Source: Candidatus Heimdallarchaeota archaeon (GTDB lineage Archaea > Asgardarchaeota > Heimdallarchaeia > Heimdallarchaeales > Heimdallarchaeaceae). Taken from it: DNA of 32,000 nucleotides. The translations under genes were made by a program, and so were the position numbers. Every line of letters starts with the position of its first letter. Position 1 is the first letter of the stretch. The stretch is from assembly GCA_030668875.1 (NCBI GenBank), contig DAOVER010000006.1, forward strand, positions 1-32,000, in the 5' to 3' direction. The notes under the pieces are model-generated. The model saw only the letters and a program-made list of their open reading frames with translations. It was not told the origin of the DNA and made no database searches. Shown here piece by piece: positions 18,007 through 27,065 of the stretch.

Positions 18007-18702
18007 ATGAGAAATTGCTTTTTAGTTGAGTACGAAAGGTTGGAATATACTAAGTCTCTAGAGTTACAAAGACAACTCAGAGTAAGGAAAGAAAGCAATA
18101 GAGATTACGATGATTTTCTACTCATTTTGCAGCACAATCCTGTTTTCACAATTGGAAGGAAGGGGAGCAAGGAGGATATTCTAGCACCAGAAAATCTTCT
18201 AAAGGAAGAAGGGATAGATGTTGTTAATGTAAAAAGGGGTGGAGAGGTTACCTATCATGGACCAGGACAGTTGGTTGGTTACTTGCATCTAAATTTATCC
18301 AGAGCTAATTTGAGTGTGGACCAATTTGTGTGGAACATGGAAGAAGTGCTAATACAGCTTTTAGATAACTACGGAATCAAAGGATGGAGATTGGAAGGGT
18401 ATCCAGGTGTTTGGATTAATCATCAAGCACGTAAATGGAAAATTGCATCTATTGGTGCAAGGGCTTCAAAAATGATCTCATCTCACGGATTAGCACTAAA
18501 CGTTAATACAGACATGGATCACTTCCAAATGATAGTTCCTTGTGGAATAACTGAATTCAGCCCAATTTCCATGAAACAAGTTCTTGAAAAAACATTAAAC
18601 ATAACTGAAATATACAATAAATTCGAACAATCATTTGAGAAAATCTTCAAAATGAAACTAGAAAAAATAACATCAGATAAACTTGAAGAGATGATAAAAT
18701 AA
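18007..18702 (+). CDS. lipB: Octanoyltransferase LipB
   Basis: QHNPVFTIG, RGGEVTYHGPGQLVGY, KIASIG, HGLALN, IVPCG. Confidence 0.93.
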   Translation: MRNCFLVEYERLEYTKSLELQRQLRVRKESNRDYDDFLLILQHNPVFTIGRKGSKEDILAPENLLKEEGIDVVNVKRGGEVTYHGPGQLVGYLHLNLSRANLSVDQFVWNMEEVLIQLLDNYGIKGWRLEGYPGVWINHQARKWKIASIGARASKMISSHGLALNVNTDMDHFQMIVPCGITEFSPISMKQVLEKTLNITEIYNKFEQSFEKIFKMKLEKITSDKLEEMIK

Positions 18703-19589
18703 TGCCCAGACTTCGTAAACCAGAATGGATGAGAATAGGAAATATGGACAGAGAAAAGATTCGTGAAGTACAAGCAATACTCCGAAAACTGAAACTTCAC
18801 ACTGTGTGCGAAGAATCTATGTGCCCTAACATTGGAAAATGTTTTGAGAAAAAAACCGCCACCTTCTTAGTGATGGGGGATATTTGCACTCGAAATTGTA
18901 AATTCTGTGATATTAAATTTGGAAGACCTGGTCCTTTAGATGAAGATGAACCCGAGCACATTTTAGAAGCGGCAAAAAAATTGAGTTTAAGACACATAGT
19001 CGTCACCTCAGTTACAAGAGATGACTTACCAGATGGTGGTGCAGCTCATTATGCTAGAATAACAAAGAAACTGAGAAAATATGACGAAAATCTAATAATT
19101 GAACTTCTTATTCCTGATATGAAAGGAAAAGAGGAAGATATACAAACAATAGTTGACACAAAACCAGATATTATCAACCATAATGTTGAGGTTGTACCAA
19201 GATTATTCAGAAAGATAACCCCACAATCAAATTATGAAACATCACTTAAATTACTGAAACTTGTTAAAGAACTTGATCCCAATATATTCACAAAATCTGG
19301 CATGATGGTTGGGTTGGGTGAAACAAAGCAAGAAGTTTTTGATGTTATGAAGGATTTAAGAGAAGTCAATTGTGATATACTTACAATAGGACAGTATCTT
19401 AAACCACCAAGCTCAAATTTAGAGATCGAAGAATATATTCATCCTGAGATATTCAAGGAATATGAAGAATTAGCATATAATATGGGTTTCAAATTCGTTG
19501 CTTCAGCACCGTTTGTAAGAAGTTCATTTAATGCAGAAGAAGCAGATTTTTTGTTTGAAAATAACAAGGTTGCAGAAGAAAAGATTTAA
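18702..19589 (+). CDS. lipA: Lipoyl synthase LipA
   Basis: CEESMCPNIGKC (auxiliary cluster), CTRNCKFC (radical SAM), RSSF. Confidence 0.95.
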   Translation: MPRLRKPEWMRIGNMDREKIREVQAILRKLKLHTVCEESMCPNIGKCFEKKTATFLVMGDICTRNCKFCDIKFGRPGPLDEDEPEHILEAAKKLSLRHIVVTSVTRDDLPDGGAAHYARITKKLRKYDENLIIELLIPDMKGKEEDIQTIVDTKPDIINHNVEVVPRLFRKITPQSNYETSLKLLKLVKELDPNIFTKSGMMVGLGETKQEVFDVMKDLREVNCDILTIGQYLKPPSSNLEIEEYIHPEIFKEYEELAYNMGFKFVASAPFVRSSFNAEEADFLFENNKVAEEKI

Positions 19590-19625
19590 AAGAAAAAAAT
19601 AGAGAATCGAACAAAGAAAAGATAA

Positions 19626-19756
19626 GGGGCATTAGCTCAGCCCGGTTAGAAGTTCAATGGTTGTGCGCCATTAAACTGACATGCGACTGGCTCATAGCTA
19701 AAACCTTTTTGGTGAGATACCAGTTGGTCGGTGGTTCGAATCCGCCATGCCCCACC
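19626..19756 (+). tRNA. tRNA with CAT anticodon (Ile2 or elongator Met) containing two BHB introns
   Basis: Intron 1 at 19651-19682 (32 nt, position 23/24); intron 2 at 19697-19718 (22 nt, canonical 37/38). Splicing restores D-stem GCTC/GAGC and anticodon arm ACTGG-CTCATAA-CCAGT. The GGGC start favours Ile2 but is not decisive. Confidence 0.85.
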
Positions 19757-19890
19757 AATTTACCCGAATATTTTTTGAGCATAATATGAGCAAAACATTT
19801 TTGTTCAAAGTTAAATTATATAAAATGTTCTAACCACAATTCTTTATTATATACTAAGAAATTGTATATAATTGTAGAAGGTCATTAAAT

Positions 19891-20823
19891 ATGGATGTAA
19901 TTTTCAAAAAAGTTGTTGAAGATATTCGTGATTTACACATTCAAGGCGCAACAAATATCGCGGTTGAAGGGATTAAAGCCTTTTCAGCATTAACTGAACG
20001 CCTTGAAGTTTCGACACTAGATAGCCTTTTTTCAGAGTTAGAAAAAGCTCGCCAAGCTTTAGCCACAGCTAGAGCTACCGAACCAGCACTTCGAAATGGG
20101 TTAAGATATATTATATACAACTTACGTGATAAAGCAGCCTCCATACAAGAAGCTAAAGAAATTGTAAACACTTTCTCTTTAGACTATGTTAATTTACTTA
20201 AGGAATCTAAAAGAAAAGTTATTTCTTATGGTGCTCACAGAATTAAAGATGGAAGCATAATTATGACACATTGTCATTCTTCGCTTTCAACAGGTATTGT
20301 TCTTGAAGCACATCACCAAGGAAAAGACATACAAGTATTCTGCACTGAAACCCGTCCTCGCTATCAAGGACGTATAACGGCAAAAGAATTAGTTGATGCG
20401 GGTATAACTACAACGCAAGTTGTAGATAGTGCAATGAGATGGGTAATCAACAGATATAACGTAGATATCGTTATTACTGGTGCAGATGCTATCACAAGTC
20501 AAGGGACTGTGATAAACAAAATTGGGACTAGGTTGCTAGCCTTAGCAGCACGAGAAATGGACGTTCCATTCTATACTGCAATTAATCTTCTCAAATATGA
20601 TCCGAAGACAAGTATAGGTAAACTTTCAGAGATTGAAATGCGCTCTACTTCAGAAATATGGGAGAATCCTCCAAAAGGATTAAACTTTCTAAATCCAGCG
20701 TTTGAAACCGTGTCTCACGATTTAATTGATGGAATTATATCTGAAGCAGGTGTATTTTCACCTGCTGTTGTATATCTGATAGTTAAAGAGAAGTATCCAT
20801 TTATGATGATAAATGAAGAATGA
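19891..20823 (+). CDS. Ribose-1,5-bisphosphate isomerase (eIF2B-like)
   Basis: IQGATNIA, ARATEPALRN, MTHCHSS, ETRPRYQG, VINKIGT, NPAFE. Confidence 0.9.
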   Translation: MDVIFKKVVEDIRDLHIQGATNIAVEGIKAFSALTERLEVSTLDSLFSELEKARQALATARATEPALRNGLRYIIYNLRDKAASIQEAKEIVNTFSLDYVNLLKESKRKVISYGAHRIKDGSIIMTHCHSSLSTGIVLEAHHQGKDIQVFCTETRPRYQGRITAKELVDAGITTTQVVDSAMRWVINRYNVDIVITGADAITSQGTVINKIGTRLLALAAREMDVPFYTAINLLKYDPKTSIGKLSEIEMRSTSEIWENPPKGLNFLNPAFETVSHDLIDGIISEAGVFSPAVVYLIVKEKYPFMMINEE

Positions 20824-21036
20824 AAAAAGTATGATTTTCAAGAACTGTAAACTCATCTTCCTTTAATAAAAAGTGGAGAATTTTATTCTATTCTTGTAAT
20901 TTTTATATTGTTTTTCTGGTTCTAGTTCATCATTTGAAAAGATTATTGTATTTCTGCTTTCAAGTCTTAAAATTGTTTTGTTTATTGGAGTAAATAAAAA
21001 GTAAATTAGTTTAAATACTCATTTGTTTATTCTTTT

Positions 21037-21450
21037 TTGATGGAGATTCAGGAGTATATCACCGAAGATAATTATGAAGAACAAACAAAAATAAACCATA
21101 AAGTCTTCAAAGAATACTACAATAATTGGGCTACAACACTAGGAAAATGGTATTCTATTGTCAATTATATTGATGGTTTTGCTGGATGCAGAGTATATAA
21201 AGATGACATGGAAAAGTTGCATTTTGGTTCTCCACTAATTGCTGCAGATACTCTTAATAGAACTCCCAACATTAAAAAGGCAAATGTTTACTTAGTAGAA
21301 AGTAAAAAGAAAGTATATAATAATCTTGTTCATAATATTGAAATTTGGAAAAAGAAGAATACAACACACAAAATCAATTTTCATACTTTTCATGGTAAAT
21401 TTGGGGCTACTTTCATTAATCTAAAAAAGCAAATAATGAATAATATTTAG
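21037..21450 (+). pseudogene. Truncated TcmP-like (three-Cys-motif partner) SAM-dependent methyltransferase fragment
   Basis: N-terminal pattern K..VFKEY...W.....YIDGFAG....GSPLIA; ends at 137 aa with no D-P-F-G motif in any downstream frame I read. Confidence 0.5.
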
Positions 21451-21507
21451 TAAATCACACAATAGTTAAATGTTCCTTTAACTGTTACCAATAAATTAGG
21501 TGAAAGG

Positions 21508-22767
21508 ATGAGAAAGAGGAGCTACAGAAGGATCAGTCTGTTTTTTTTAGTGCTTTATTCTGGCTGTTGTGTAATGCCTTTTAATGGGTTTTCCACAAAC
21601 AAAACACCTGTATGGGAGATTCATCAAGAAGGAATTATAAATCCAATTGGTATTGATATGGATAATAATATATTATTATACTGTTCTGAAGATGATGTTG
21701 ATCAAAGTAATACACGGTTTGTTAAGTATTCGAATTATAGCACTATTATCCTTGATAAAACTGTAAATATTAATTATGATTATCTCAGATGGGCGCGTAG
21801 GAGAATTGATTCACAAGGAAATCTTTACATAATAGGGATAGCGGGAGGTGATATTTACATAGAGGTTTTTGATAATGAACTTGATTTTGTGAAAAATATA
21901 ACTATTGATACTAAAGAAGAATTTCCTAGCATCACACCTAGTGATATTTTTATTACAGAAATTGGGAATGTTTTTCTACGATATACAGATAAATATAATA
22001 TTCTAAATGCAACACATGCAGAAAGAATTAACGGACTTTATAGGATAGATGAAGAAGGTGAAATCAAATGGCATTTATCTTTAAAGGAAATAATTAAAAT
22101 GGAAGCAGAATTTCTTTTTAATTTATCTGAAATTCAAGAAGACTTGCTTTTTGTCAGTTTGTCAAATGTTCTCTATAAAATAAACTCAAATCGAGGAAAA
22201 GTAAAATGGGAAAGAGAATTCTTGCAAGATATTACTTGTATTGCTTCAATATTAAATGATGTTTGTGTTGTTACAGTAGATTCAGTACAATTTTCATTTA
22301 TAGAATTAAACTATCTGTCTTATGAGAATGAACTGAAATGGGAGAGAACATTCGAATCTTTTGTAGGGCGGTTATCAGTAGAAAAAATTGAATCAAAATT
22401 AAACCAAATAGGGATATATATTGTAAATTTTGGTGAAGAAGGAATCTTAGGGGAAACAAATGAAACCTTTGTTGTCTTAGATCATCAAGGAGAAACACTA
22501 ATTGAAGAAAACTTTTATTGTTCGTCCTATTTCATTTACAAAAAGAATTTCTTTATGACTTCCATCAACTCTTATTATACCCACCATCAAAACATAACTG
22601 ATAACTCAATGCATCTTTTACTGTATAAATACGATGCACCTCCGTTTATTCCAACTAATGGTGTCGATTCAGATTTTTTCCATATCCTTCCTACTACACT
22701 AATTGTTGCAGTAATTTACATATTGAAACTAAGAAAACGGAATAAGAAGTTATTAAATTTCTGTTAA
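21508..22767 (+). CDS. Hypothetical cell-surface protein: signal peptide, beta-propeller-like repeats, C-terminal TM anchor with basic tail
   Basis: Basic plus hydrophobic N-terminus; repeated G..KW units (PQQ-like); ILPTTLIVAVIYILKLRKRNKK. Confidence 0.6.
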   Translation: MRKRSYRRISLFFLVLYSGCCVMPFNGFSTNKTPVWEIHQEGIINPIGIDMDNNILLYCSEDDVDQSNTRFVKYSNYSTIILDKTVNINYDYLRWARRRIDSQGNLYIIGIAGGDIYIEVFDNELDFVKNITIDTKEEFPSITPSDIFITEIGNVFLRYTDKYNILNATHAERINGLYRIDEEGEIKWHLSLKEIIKMEAEFLFNLSEIQEDLLFVSLSNVLYKINSNRGKVKWEREFLQDITCIASILNDVCVVTVDSVQFSFIELNYLSYENELKWERTFESFVGRLSVEKIESKLNQIGIYIVNFGEEGILGETNETFVVLDHQGETLIEENFYCSSYFIYKKNFFMTSINSYYTHHQNITDNSMHLLLYKYDAPPFIPTNGVDSDFFHILPTTLIVAVIYILKLRKRNKKLLNFC

Positions 22768-23028
22768 TTCATTTTAAAAAACGTTCTTTAAGCCATCTAA
22801 AGTAATAAAAATAGAATTGTTTTTTTACATTCGATGATGATATTTCTTAAATAGGTTTATGTATATCTGAAAATATGGAGAATTTCAGCTACAACATGCC
22901 ATTTTTTGTATTCAATAGAGCACCACTTTCTGTTAAAATCTAAAGCAGGTTATAATCATTGATATTTCACAAATTCAAAAATGAATGAAACATATAATTT
23001 AAAATAAGAAAATATCCTTTCTAGTACT

Positions 23029-24279
23029 ATGGATGAACAATATAAAGAATTGTTAGTTGCTCGTTACTATGTAGAGCATATTGAAAGCGTTGCAAAAGCA
23101 GCGGTGGAAATCGTAGAAGAGGAATCAGTTGGAACATGGACTGATTTACGCACTACTGAAGGGAGACCTCATGTTGCAAAACTTCGAGCTGAAGTATTGG
23201 ACACCAAAGTCTTCAAAGATTATGAAGACTACCAAAGCGGTGAAGTTACCATAGGTTTTCAAACTGAAACCTTTGATATGGAAGCAGGAATCACAAGCAT
23301 CCTTTCCATGCTTGCTGGAAATCTGTTTGGCCTAGGAGCACTCAGAAATATCCGATGGTTTGATGTAGACTTTCCAAGATCAATAGCTGAATACTTCCCT
23401 GGTCCCAAATTTGGAGTTGAAGGAGTCAGAAAAATAATTGGTACAGATACGGGAGAATTTCCAAATCGCCCTCACATAGGTACTATTGTCAAACCAAAGA
23501 TGGGATTAACTGCACAAGAATGGGCTGATGTAGCCTATGATGCGGCTGTTGGTGGAGTTGATTTTATTAAAGATGATGAAAACCTTGGTTCTCAACCTTT
23601 CTGTCCTATTGGTGATCGTACTGTAAAGGTTTTAGAAAGACTCGATCAAGCTAAGGAAGAAACAGGAAGAACAGTTATTCATGCGGTTAATATTACAGCA
23701 AAGCACAATGTGATGTGGGAAAGGATAGAAGAAGCTTTAGACAATGGAGCTAAATGTCTGATGATTGATGTTATCCTTACTGGGTTCCAAGAACTTGCTG
23801 ATATAGCTAGAGACCCAGGAATTAAAGTTCCAATTCATGTTCATCGAACAATGCATGCAGCTTTTACTCGTAGTCCTGTCCATGGGATTTCTATGCTACC
23901 CATAGCTAAAATAGTTCGTATGGCAGGTGGAGATCAACTCCATATTGGTTCGTATGGACAAGGCAAAATGGATACAGATATCAACCTTGAACTTAAACTA
24001 AAGGATGCTCTCCTTAATCCAATGTATGAATTCAAACAAGCTTTCCCAACTGCATCTGGAGGATTATACCCTGCTAAAATCCCTAATTTAGTAAAACATG
24101 GTGGAAACAATGTTATTATACAAGCTGGTGGAGGCATTCACGGTCATCCTGATGGGACTCAAAAGGGTGCTATGGCAATGCGTCAAGCCCTTGATGCAAC
24201 GTTAAAGGAGATAACTCTCGAGGAATATGCAAAAGACCATATTGAGTTAGCTAAATCTCTTGAAAAATGGGGTAAATAA
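23029..24279 (+). CDS. rbcL: RuBisCO large subunit, form III-type
   Basis: EESVGTW, AGNLFG, GTIVKPKMG, DFIKDDE, HVHRTMHAAFTR, loop-6 GKM, ASGG, QAGGGIHGHP. Confidence 0.9.
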   Translation: MDEQYKELLVARYYVEHIESVAKAAVEIVEEESVGTWTDLRTTEGRPHVAKLRAEVLDTKVFKDYEDYQSGEVTIGFQTETFDMEAGITSILSMLAGNLFGLGALRNIRWFDVDFPRSIAEYFPGPKFGVEGVRKIIGTDTGEFPNRPHIGTIVKPKMGLTAQEWADVAYDAAVGGVDFIKDDENLGSQPFCPIGDRTVKVLERLDQAKEETGRTVIHAVNITAKHNVMWERIEEALDNGAKCLMIDVILTGFQELADIARDPGIKVPIHVHRTMHAAFTRSPVHGISMLPIAKIVRMAGGDQLHIGSYGQGKMDTDINLELKLKDALLNPMYEFKQAFPTASGGLYPAKIPNLVKHGGNNVIIQAGGGIHGHPDGTQKGAMAMRQALDATLKEITLEEYAKDHIELAKSLEKWGK

Positions 24280-24407
24280 TCCCTTTTTTTTATTTTCTAG
24301 AATATTAATTTGTAAACACAGTTTCTATGATGGGTTTTTTTACCATTATTGGGTATTGAACAGAAAAATTAAAAATAGGAATGAAATCATTGAGAGTAGT
24401 TGGTTAT

Positions 24408-24482
24408 GCGCTAATAGTCTAATGGCCATGACTTCGGCCTTCCAAGTCGACAATCCGGGTTCGATTCCCGGTTGGCGCACCA
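24408..24482 (+). tRNA. tRNA-Gly(TCC), CCA encoded
   Basis: GCGCTAA/TTGGCGC acceptor; TCGGC-CTTCCAA-GTCGA anticodon arm; CCGGG-TTCGATT-CCCGG T-arm. Confidence 0.95.
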
Positions 24483-24524
24483 ACAATCACATATAAAAAC
24501 AGCATGTATAAAATAGTTTAATCT

Positions 24525-24599
24525 GCACGTGTAGTCTAGTTGGTAGGACTCAGCCCTGCCACGGCTGGAACCCGGGTTCGAATCCCGGCGCGTGCACCA
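24525..24599 (+). tRNA. tRNA-Gly(GCC), CCA encoded
   Basis: GCACGTG/CGCGTGC acceptor; CAGCC-CTGCCAC-GGCTG anticodon arm; CCGGG-TTCGAAT-CCCGG T-arm. Confidence 0.95.
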
Positions 24600-24706
24600 A
24601 TTTTATTTTTAAATTATTCATATATTGTAAAAAATGTAATACCGACGAGTCTTCTCGGTCATATTTGTTTTGTTATTTATTCTCTCAAAAGATTCAATGA
24701 GAACAT

Positions 24707-25870
24707 ATGAGTGAACACTTTATATTTAATTTTCCTGAGGAAGAGGAAGAGAAATCACCAATTGTTGATACCGATTCATTTGAAAGTGATGCTACAGATA
24801 AAGAATTAGAGGAATTATTACAAAAACAAGAAACACCACGAGATCGTTTCTCGAGCAATTCTGTTGATTCATATATCCAACAAGTTCTACGTACTAATAG
24901 AATCCTTGGTATAGGTGTCGGTGGTGCTGGATCTAATGCAATAAATAATATTATGACAAGAGAAGGTATTGTTGGTGCTACAACAGTGGCAGTCAATACT
25001 GACGCTCGACATCTCTTAAGTACAAAAGCAGAGCGGAAACTGCTTATTGGTAGAGAACTTACTAACGGAACTGGGGCAGGTAATGATCCAAATATTGGAA
25101 GAGCTGCTGCAGAAGAGAATGAAGAAGATATTCGAGAACTTGTAAGAGGTAATGATTTAGTGTTTGTTGCATGTGGTTTGGGTAAAGGTACAGGTACAGG
25201 AGCAGCTCCCTTTATTGCAAAAATTGCTCAAGATGAGGGGTGTTTAGTGGTAAGTGTGTGCACATTGCCTTTCGCATCTGAAGGACATGCAAAGATGGAT
25301 TCTGCTTTAGAAGGGCTAAATGCACTAGATGCACATTCGAATACAATAATTATTGTTCCAAATGAAAAGCTGCTTATGTATGCCCCAGATTTTACGCTTT
25401 GGGATGCTTTTAAGCTAGCTGACGATGTTTTGATCAATGCAATTGTTGGATTAACAGAACTTATAGTTCTTCCAGCAAGAGTAAATGTTGATTTTGCAGA
25501 TACAAAGAAAATTCTTAGAAGAAGTGGCCCCGCCGTTATTGGTGTGGGAAGAGGAAAAGGTGAAAACAGAGCAATTCAAGCAATTACTAATGCACTATCA
25601 AACCCCCTACTGGATATTGACATATCAACGTCTACAGGAGCACTTGTAAATATCAAAGCAAACAGAAACATTTCAATGACTGAGGTTGACACAATCACAA
25701 CAATGATTACTGATCAAATTCATCAAAAGGCAGAGTTTGTCTGGGGATGTAACATTGATGAGACCATGCCAGATGATGAAATAGCTGTAACTGTGGTTAT
25801 TGCTGAAGTTAGAACTTCACATTTAAATCAACCAGAAGACATTACAATAGAAGCTCTTTGGAGAGACTAA
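24707..25870 (+). CDS. ftsZ: Cell division protein FtsZ with variant signature loop
   Basis: GVGGAGSNAI, AVNTD, GAGNDPNIGR, GKGTGTG, TLPFASEG, IVPNEKL, NVDFAD. Confidence 0.93.
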   Translation: MSEHFIFNFPEEEEEKSPIVDTDSFESDATDKELEELLQKQETPRDRFSSNSVDSYIQQVLRTNRILGIGVGGAGSNAINNIMTREGIVGATTVAVNTDARHLLSTKAERKLLIGRELTNGTGAGNDPNIGRAAAEENEEDIRELVRGNDLVFVACGLGKGTGTGAAPFIAKIAQDEGCLVVSVCTLPFASEGHAKMDSALEGLNALDAHSNTIIIVPNEKLLMYAPDFTLWDAFKLADDVLINAIVGLTELIVLPARVNVDFADTKKILRRSGPAVIGVGRGKGENRAIQAITNALSNPLLDIDISTSTGALVNIKANRNISMTEVDTITTMITDQIHQKAEFVWGCNIDETMPDDEIAVTVVIAEVRTSHLNQPEDITIEALWRD

Positions 25871-25928
25871 CTCTCTCACTTCTCTATTTATTTTTGGGTT
25901 TTTATGCTTTCATTGATGTATATTAATA

Positions 25929-26972
25929 GTGAATATGTCAAAGTTTCAAGTTTACAGTACAGAAGATTTAATCATTCTGGAATCCAAGAAGCAAACTATC
26001 GCTGCAATTGGGTTTTCTTTGTCAAAACAAGAAAACAAACCCCTTGCTAATTTATCAGATAGCGTTGTAAATTACTTGAATTCATTTGGGTATTCATACG
26101 TTATTAGAATCACAAAGTCCTATACAAGATTCTTTCTTTTAATTGCAGCTAAAAATCCAGGTGATGTGATTAATAAAGTATCAAAAATATTAGCTAAAAT
26201 GGAGAAATTAAAACTATCTTCACAACAAGTAGTAATTTCTCCACTAAATCATAGCATTATTATGAAGAATTTGCACCTAAATATGCAATCCTCAATTAAA
26301 AGAACAAAAAACCCAAGGATTCTCTGCGTCGATGACAAATATTGGTTAATTTACTCTTTAGTCATTGGTCAACAAGAGAGAAATTATTTTACTAAGTTCC
26401 TGAAAAGCCTTCTAAGTTTGAAGACAAGTACACTTAACCTTAGTGTAAAAAATATGAGAAAGAATCGGAAAGGAGACTTGAAAAGGACAAATAGCATCTT
26501 GATTACTCACTATTTTAATACTATTGAGGAGTGTGAAAATTTCCTTAATAGAATGAAGCAAGTTTCTACACAATATCATGAAAGGTTCTCCTGTACGTTA
26601 CGTTTCCATACTGCATACGAAGTGAAACAGAATATTTATTCCTATATTTTAGGTCTTTCACCTGTCAACCAACCCGCTCACCACTGGCAAGATGTGCTGA
26701 AATTAGATCGCTTTATACCAGTTTTAGCAAACTACAATAGAGAATTAGTAGATATTACTGAAAACAAGATTCACCAAAAACTAATCAAGATTGAGACGGG
26801 GTCAAACAAAACAATCTCGGAAAAAGGATCTATTAAAAATGGGAAGAACTACAAGATTCATGCTAAAGAAACAAGTATGAAAAAGCAAGATTCACTTATT
26901 CCTTTTGGCAAGATAGTTTCAGAAGAAGAAATAGAAGAGCTTATAGAAACAATACCTGCTGCCCCTTCATAA
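25929..26972 (+). CDS. Hypothetical protein downstream of ftsZ
   Basis: 347-aa ORF, basic alpha/beta core, low-complexity linker, acidic terminal helix; no family recognised. Confidence 0.7.
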   Translation: MNMSKFQVYSTEDLIILESKKQTIAAIGFSLSKQENKPLANLSDSVVNYLNSFGYSYVIRITKSYTRFFLLIAAKNPGDVINKVSKILAKMEKLKLSSQQVVISPLNHSIIMKNLHLNMQSSIKRTKNPRILCVDDKYWLIYSLVIGQQERNYFTKFLKSLLSLKTSTLNLSVKNMRKNRKGDLKRTNSILITHYFNTIEECENFLNRMKQVSTQYHERFSCTLRFHTAYEVKQNIYSYILGLSPVNQPAHHWQDVLKLDRFIPVLANYNRELVDITENKIHQKLIKIETGSNKTISEKGSIKNGKNYKIHAKETSMKKQDSLIPFGKIVSEEEIEELIETIPAAPS

Positions 26973-27065
26973 CAGAGTTTTACCTATTAACTGACTTAAC
27001 TTAATTTTTTAGGATAAAGAAATGTTGATAAGCACAACATTTTCATCCTAGATAAGGAAAAATAC

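Noticed and set aside
24260-24496. 78-aa ORF after rbcL
   Set aside because: Overlaps tRNA-Gly(TCC); its apparent peptide derives from tRNA sequence.
24408-24599. tRNA-Gly pair or tRNA-Ala as integration sites
   Set aside because: No duplicated tRNA 3' fragment found by eye elsewhere in the window, and flanking genes are housekeeping.
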